From an uncultured Thermoanaerobaculia bacterium (GTDB lineage Bacteria > Acidobacteriota > Thermoanaerobaculia > Multivoradales > Multivoraceae): DNA of 64,000 bases. The translations under genes and the position numbers were made by a program. Of this stretch, positions 61,514 through 64,000 are shown one piece after another (position 1 is the first letter of the stretch; every line of letters starts with the position of its first letter). The notes below the pieces were generated by a model. The model made no database searches and had not been told where the DNA came from. It worked only from the letters and a program-made list of their open reading frames with translations. Where the stretch lies: the NCBI GenBank assembly GCA_951813015.1, contig CATOTG010000011.1, positions 129,889 through 193,888 on the forward strand, in the 5' to 3' direction.

Positions 61514-62314
61514 ATGGCCGGCGCGAGGACTCTCCTTCAGCGCTGCTGGAGGATTCCGCTAACGGCCATGTCGTTTCTTCTTTTCGGCTTGGGTGGCCTC
61601 GTTCTGGGCGCCGTCGTCTTCCCCGCCATCCGTCTGCTGAGCCCGCGAGAAGCCACCGGGCGACGCTGCCGCAGAGCAATTCAGCTGTCCTTTCGCCTGT
61701 TCCTGGCGTTCCTGTCCATGCTGCGTCTCATGCGGTTAGAGTTTCGCGGAGAAGAGCGCCTGCTTGATCTTCGCGGTCGTCTGGTGATCGCCAATCACCC
61801 ATCGCTGATGGATGTCGTGGTTCTGGTCTCCCGCCTTCCCGACGCGCGCTGCGTCGTCAAGCGGGAGGTGTGGAACAGTCCGTTTCTGGGCACGGTCGTC
61901 CGTCTCGCCGGCTACGTGCCGAGCGTGGACCCGCATGACGTCGTCGACCGGACGGTACGTCTCCTGCGGGCCGGCGAGACGGTTGTCCTGTTTCCGGAAG
62001 GGACGCGCACGAGGAAGGACCGTCCCGTCGCCATTCGGCGCGGAGCGGCGTTGATCCTCGTGCGGTCCGATCGGCCGGCGGTTCCGATCCGCCTGCGGGT
62101 TCGCCCGCCTGCCCTCGGCAAGACGGACTCCCTCGCACGCCTTCCTCCGCAGGCCGTGGGCTTCACAATGAGCGTCGGCGAGGAGATCCATCCGTCCGCG
62201 TTCGGAACCCACGGCAGCGAGCGCGAGAGGTCCCGGTCGGGCTGCAGGATTCTTGAGCGGACGCTGGGATTGCCGTCTGCGGACCGCCTTGAAGCAAGGA
62301 CGGCCAGTTGTTAG
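61514..62314 (+). CDS. lysophospholipid acyltransferase family protein (ApeD-like)
   Basis: IANHPSLMD (HX4D), LFPEGTRT, N-terminal SFLLFGLGG TM segment. Confidence 0.85.
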   Translation: MAGARTLLQRCWRIPLTAMSFLLFGLGGLVLGAVVFPAIRLLSPREATGRRCRRAIQLSFRLFLAFLSMLRLMRLEFRGEERLLDLRGRLVIANHPSLMDVVVLVSRLPDARCVVKREVWNSPFLGTVVRLAGYVPSVDPHDVVDRTVRLLRAGETVVLFPEGTRTRKDRPVAIRRGAALILVRSDRPAVPIRLRVRPPALGKTDSLARLPPQAVGFTMSVGEEIHPSAFGTHGSERERSRSGCRILERTLGLPSADRLEARTASC

Positions 62315-62360
62315 AGTTCAGCGTTGCTGGAGCGAGCCCCCTAAGGAGGCGCAGGGGAAG

Positions 62361-62609
62361 ATGACGCGCGACGAGATCGAGGCGCAGCTGACGGCGATTC
62401 TGGTCGAGATGTACGAGCTCGAGCCAGACCGGATCGTCTTGGACGCCCGCCTCTACGAGGACTTGGCCCTCGACAGCATCGACGCGGTGGACCTGATCGT
62501 CCGACTCAAGGAGTTCACCCAGGCCGACATCACTCCGGAGCGGGTCAAGGAGATGCGTACGGTCGGGGACGTGGTCGACCTCGTGGCCGAGATGTTGCGG
62601 ACCTCGTAA
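62361..62609 (+). CDS. acyl carrier protein
   Basis: LYEDLALDSIDAVDL, RTVGDVVD. Confidence 0.92.
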   Translation: MTRDEIEAQLTAILVEMYELEPDRIVLDARLYEDLALDSIDAVDLIVRLKEFTQADITPERVKEMRTVGDVVDLVAEMLRTS

Positions 62610-63185
62610 GTGAGTGTTCTGGCCAACGCAGTCGAGGGTCTGGAGTTCGTCGAAAGCGCCCGGGTCCACGCCGGACAAATCCTCGTCGTGCCGACGGAGG
62701 CTGGTTGGGAGACCTTGGCGCACCAGGGCAAGACCGGCCTGATCCGGGAACTGAGCGACCTTCTTTCTTCCGCAGTGGACGCAGGGGCGCGCTGGCGCTT
62801 CGTGCGGCGGCTTCCCCCCGCCGGGAAGGCCGGTCGCGACCGTCCTCTCCACCCGCGATGGGAGGAACTCGACCGCACTGCCGCGACGTGGCTGGGCGAG
62901 GCCGCGGTAACCGGCGACCTGGCGGTCCTGGAGGGACATTTTCCGAGCGAGCCGATCGTTCCCGGCCTCGCCCAGTTGCTGTGGGCGGACACTCTCTCAC
63001 GCCGGTTCTTTGCCGGTTACACCACGACCGCCGAGATTCGCAACCTGAAGTTCGCGCAAGTGGTCGTGCCGGGCGTCAGGCTTCGGATCGCACTCGTCCA
63101 CGAGTTCCGGGCGCGGTCCCGGGCCGTATTCAGGTTCACCTCGGACGCGGGCACGCACAGCAGCGGCGTGCTCATCGGTGCGTAG
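62610..63185 (+). CDS. hotdog-fold dehydratase subunit (ApeI-like) with N-terminal extension
   Basis: EGHFPSEPIVPGLAQL, NLKF..VV.PG, HSSG; preceded by RWRFVRRLPPAGK. Confidence 0.72.
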   Translation: MSVLANAVEGLEFVESARVHAGQILVVPTEAGWETLAHQGKTGLIRELSDLLSSAVDAGARWRFVRRLPPAGKAGRDRPLHPRWEELDRTAATWLGEAAVTGDLAVLEGHFPSEPIVPGLAQLLWADTLSRRFFAGYTTTAEIRNLKFAQVVVPGVRLRIALVHEFRARSRAVFRFTSDAGTHSSGVLIGA

Positions 63186-63200
63186 CGTCGCTCCCCGTAC

Positions 63201-63662
63201 GTGCCAAGTCCAGCCGCAGCGGCCCGGCCGCCCAACCTCGAGACGCTGGTGCCACACGCCGCGCCGATGATTCTGATTGACAGCGTCGCGGCGCAGGGGC
63301 CCGCGTCGACCCGAAGCACCGTCCGCATTGGTGAAGACTCGATGTTCTACGAGGCGCCGCACGGGGTGCCCTCCTACTTCGGCATCGAGTACATCGCCCA
63401 GACCGTAGCTGCTCACGCCGGACTCCGGGCCCTTCGGCGAGGGGAACCGGTGCGGGTCGGTTTTCTGCTCGGCACGCGGGAGTACAAGTGCGCCGAGAGT
63501 TGGTTCCGTCTTGGCGCCCAGCTGACGATCGACGTGTCTCCCGTCCTCGAAACGACCGACGTTTCCAAGTTTCGAGGCGTCATCGCCGATCAGCTCAGGG
63601 GTGAACTGGCGGACTGCGCAGTGACCGTCTACCTACGCTTCGGAAGCGAGCGAACTCGTTGA
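63201..63662 (+). CDS. 3-hydroxyacyl-ACP dehydratase subunit (ApeP-like hotdog)
   Basis: LVPHAAPMILID, GIEYIAQTVAAHAG, VGFLLGTR. Confidence 0.85.
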   Translation: MPSPAAAARPPNLETLVPHAAPMILIDSVAAQGPASTRSTVRIGEDSMFYEAPHGVPSYFGIEYIAQTVAAHAGLRALRRGEPVRVGFLLGTREYKCAESWFRLGAQLTIDVSPVLETTDVSKFRGVIADQLRGELADCAVTVYLRFGSERTR

Positions 63663-64000
63663 CCGGCCCGCGTCGAGTGCTCGTGACAGGGGCGTCGCGC
63701 GGCATCGGCCGCGCAGTCGCCCTGGTCCTGGCCGAGGACGGGTTCGACGTGGCCTGCAACGCGCGAGGCGATGTGGAGGACGTCGTGGGCGAGATTCGCG
63801 CGCGCGGCGGCGCCGCCAGCGCGCTCAGCGGCGACGTCTCGGACCGCGCCGCCATTCGCGCCGCCCTCGACCACGACATGAAGGGCCGGGGCGCGTTTTA
63901 CGGCATCGTCTGCAACGCCGGCAGCCACTCCGACGCCGCGTTTCCCGCGCTGACGGAGACGGACTGGGACGACGTTCTGCGCACCAACCTGGACTCCTTC
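63659..64000 (+). CDS. 3-oxoacyl-ACP reductase (FabG/ApeQ-like), truncated by the window end
   Basis: TTGA overlap, then RRVLVTGASRGIGRA...FYGIVCNAG...DAAFPAL...DWDDVLRTNLDSF. Confidence 0.88.
   Translation, partial: MTGPRRVLVTGASRGIGRAVALVLAEDGFDVACNARGDVEDVVGEIRARGGAASALSGDVSDRAAIRAALDHDMKGRGAFYGIVCNAGSHSDAAFPALTETDWDDVLRTNLDSF

Overview
A very GC-rich bacterial chromosome segment made up mostly of housekeeping genes. These include cmk/rluB/scpAB, recG, rnpB, uvrBC, PBP1A, rpsF-rpsR-rplI, hppA, the TPR-lipoprotein-ispE-tRNA-Gln-prs-rplY-pth cluster, HU, dtd, ssb, mutS, tsaB, psd/pssA, trxB, a TRAP transporter, MATE, asnS and rnc. Gene order is compatible with Acidobacteriota, but this is inference only. 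Accessory content is a type III-like restriction-modification pair between uvrC and rnpB, and the start of an aryl-polyene-like FAS/PKS-II cluster at the right edge. Four signals stand out. (1) The methyltransferase gene is frameshifted exactly at a 19-nt poly-G tract and has a second G9 tract at its ribosome-binding site, so it is a candidate phase-variable switch, although a homopolymer sequencing error cannot be excluded. (2) At least six unrelated loci show a repeat-unique spacer-repeat architecture with a 72-79 bp period. (3) Many genes have a -10 hexamer only 6-12 nt upstream of the start codon, including two bidirectional pairs. (4) Several conserved genes lack an ATG/GTG start and appear to initiate at CTG. 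All family assignments come from recognising motifs by eye; no database search was run.
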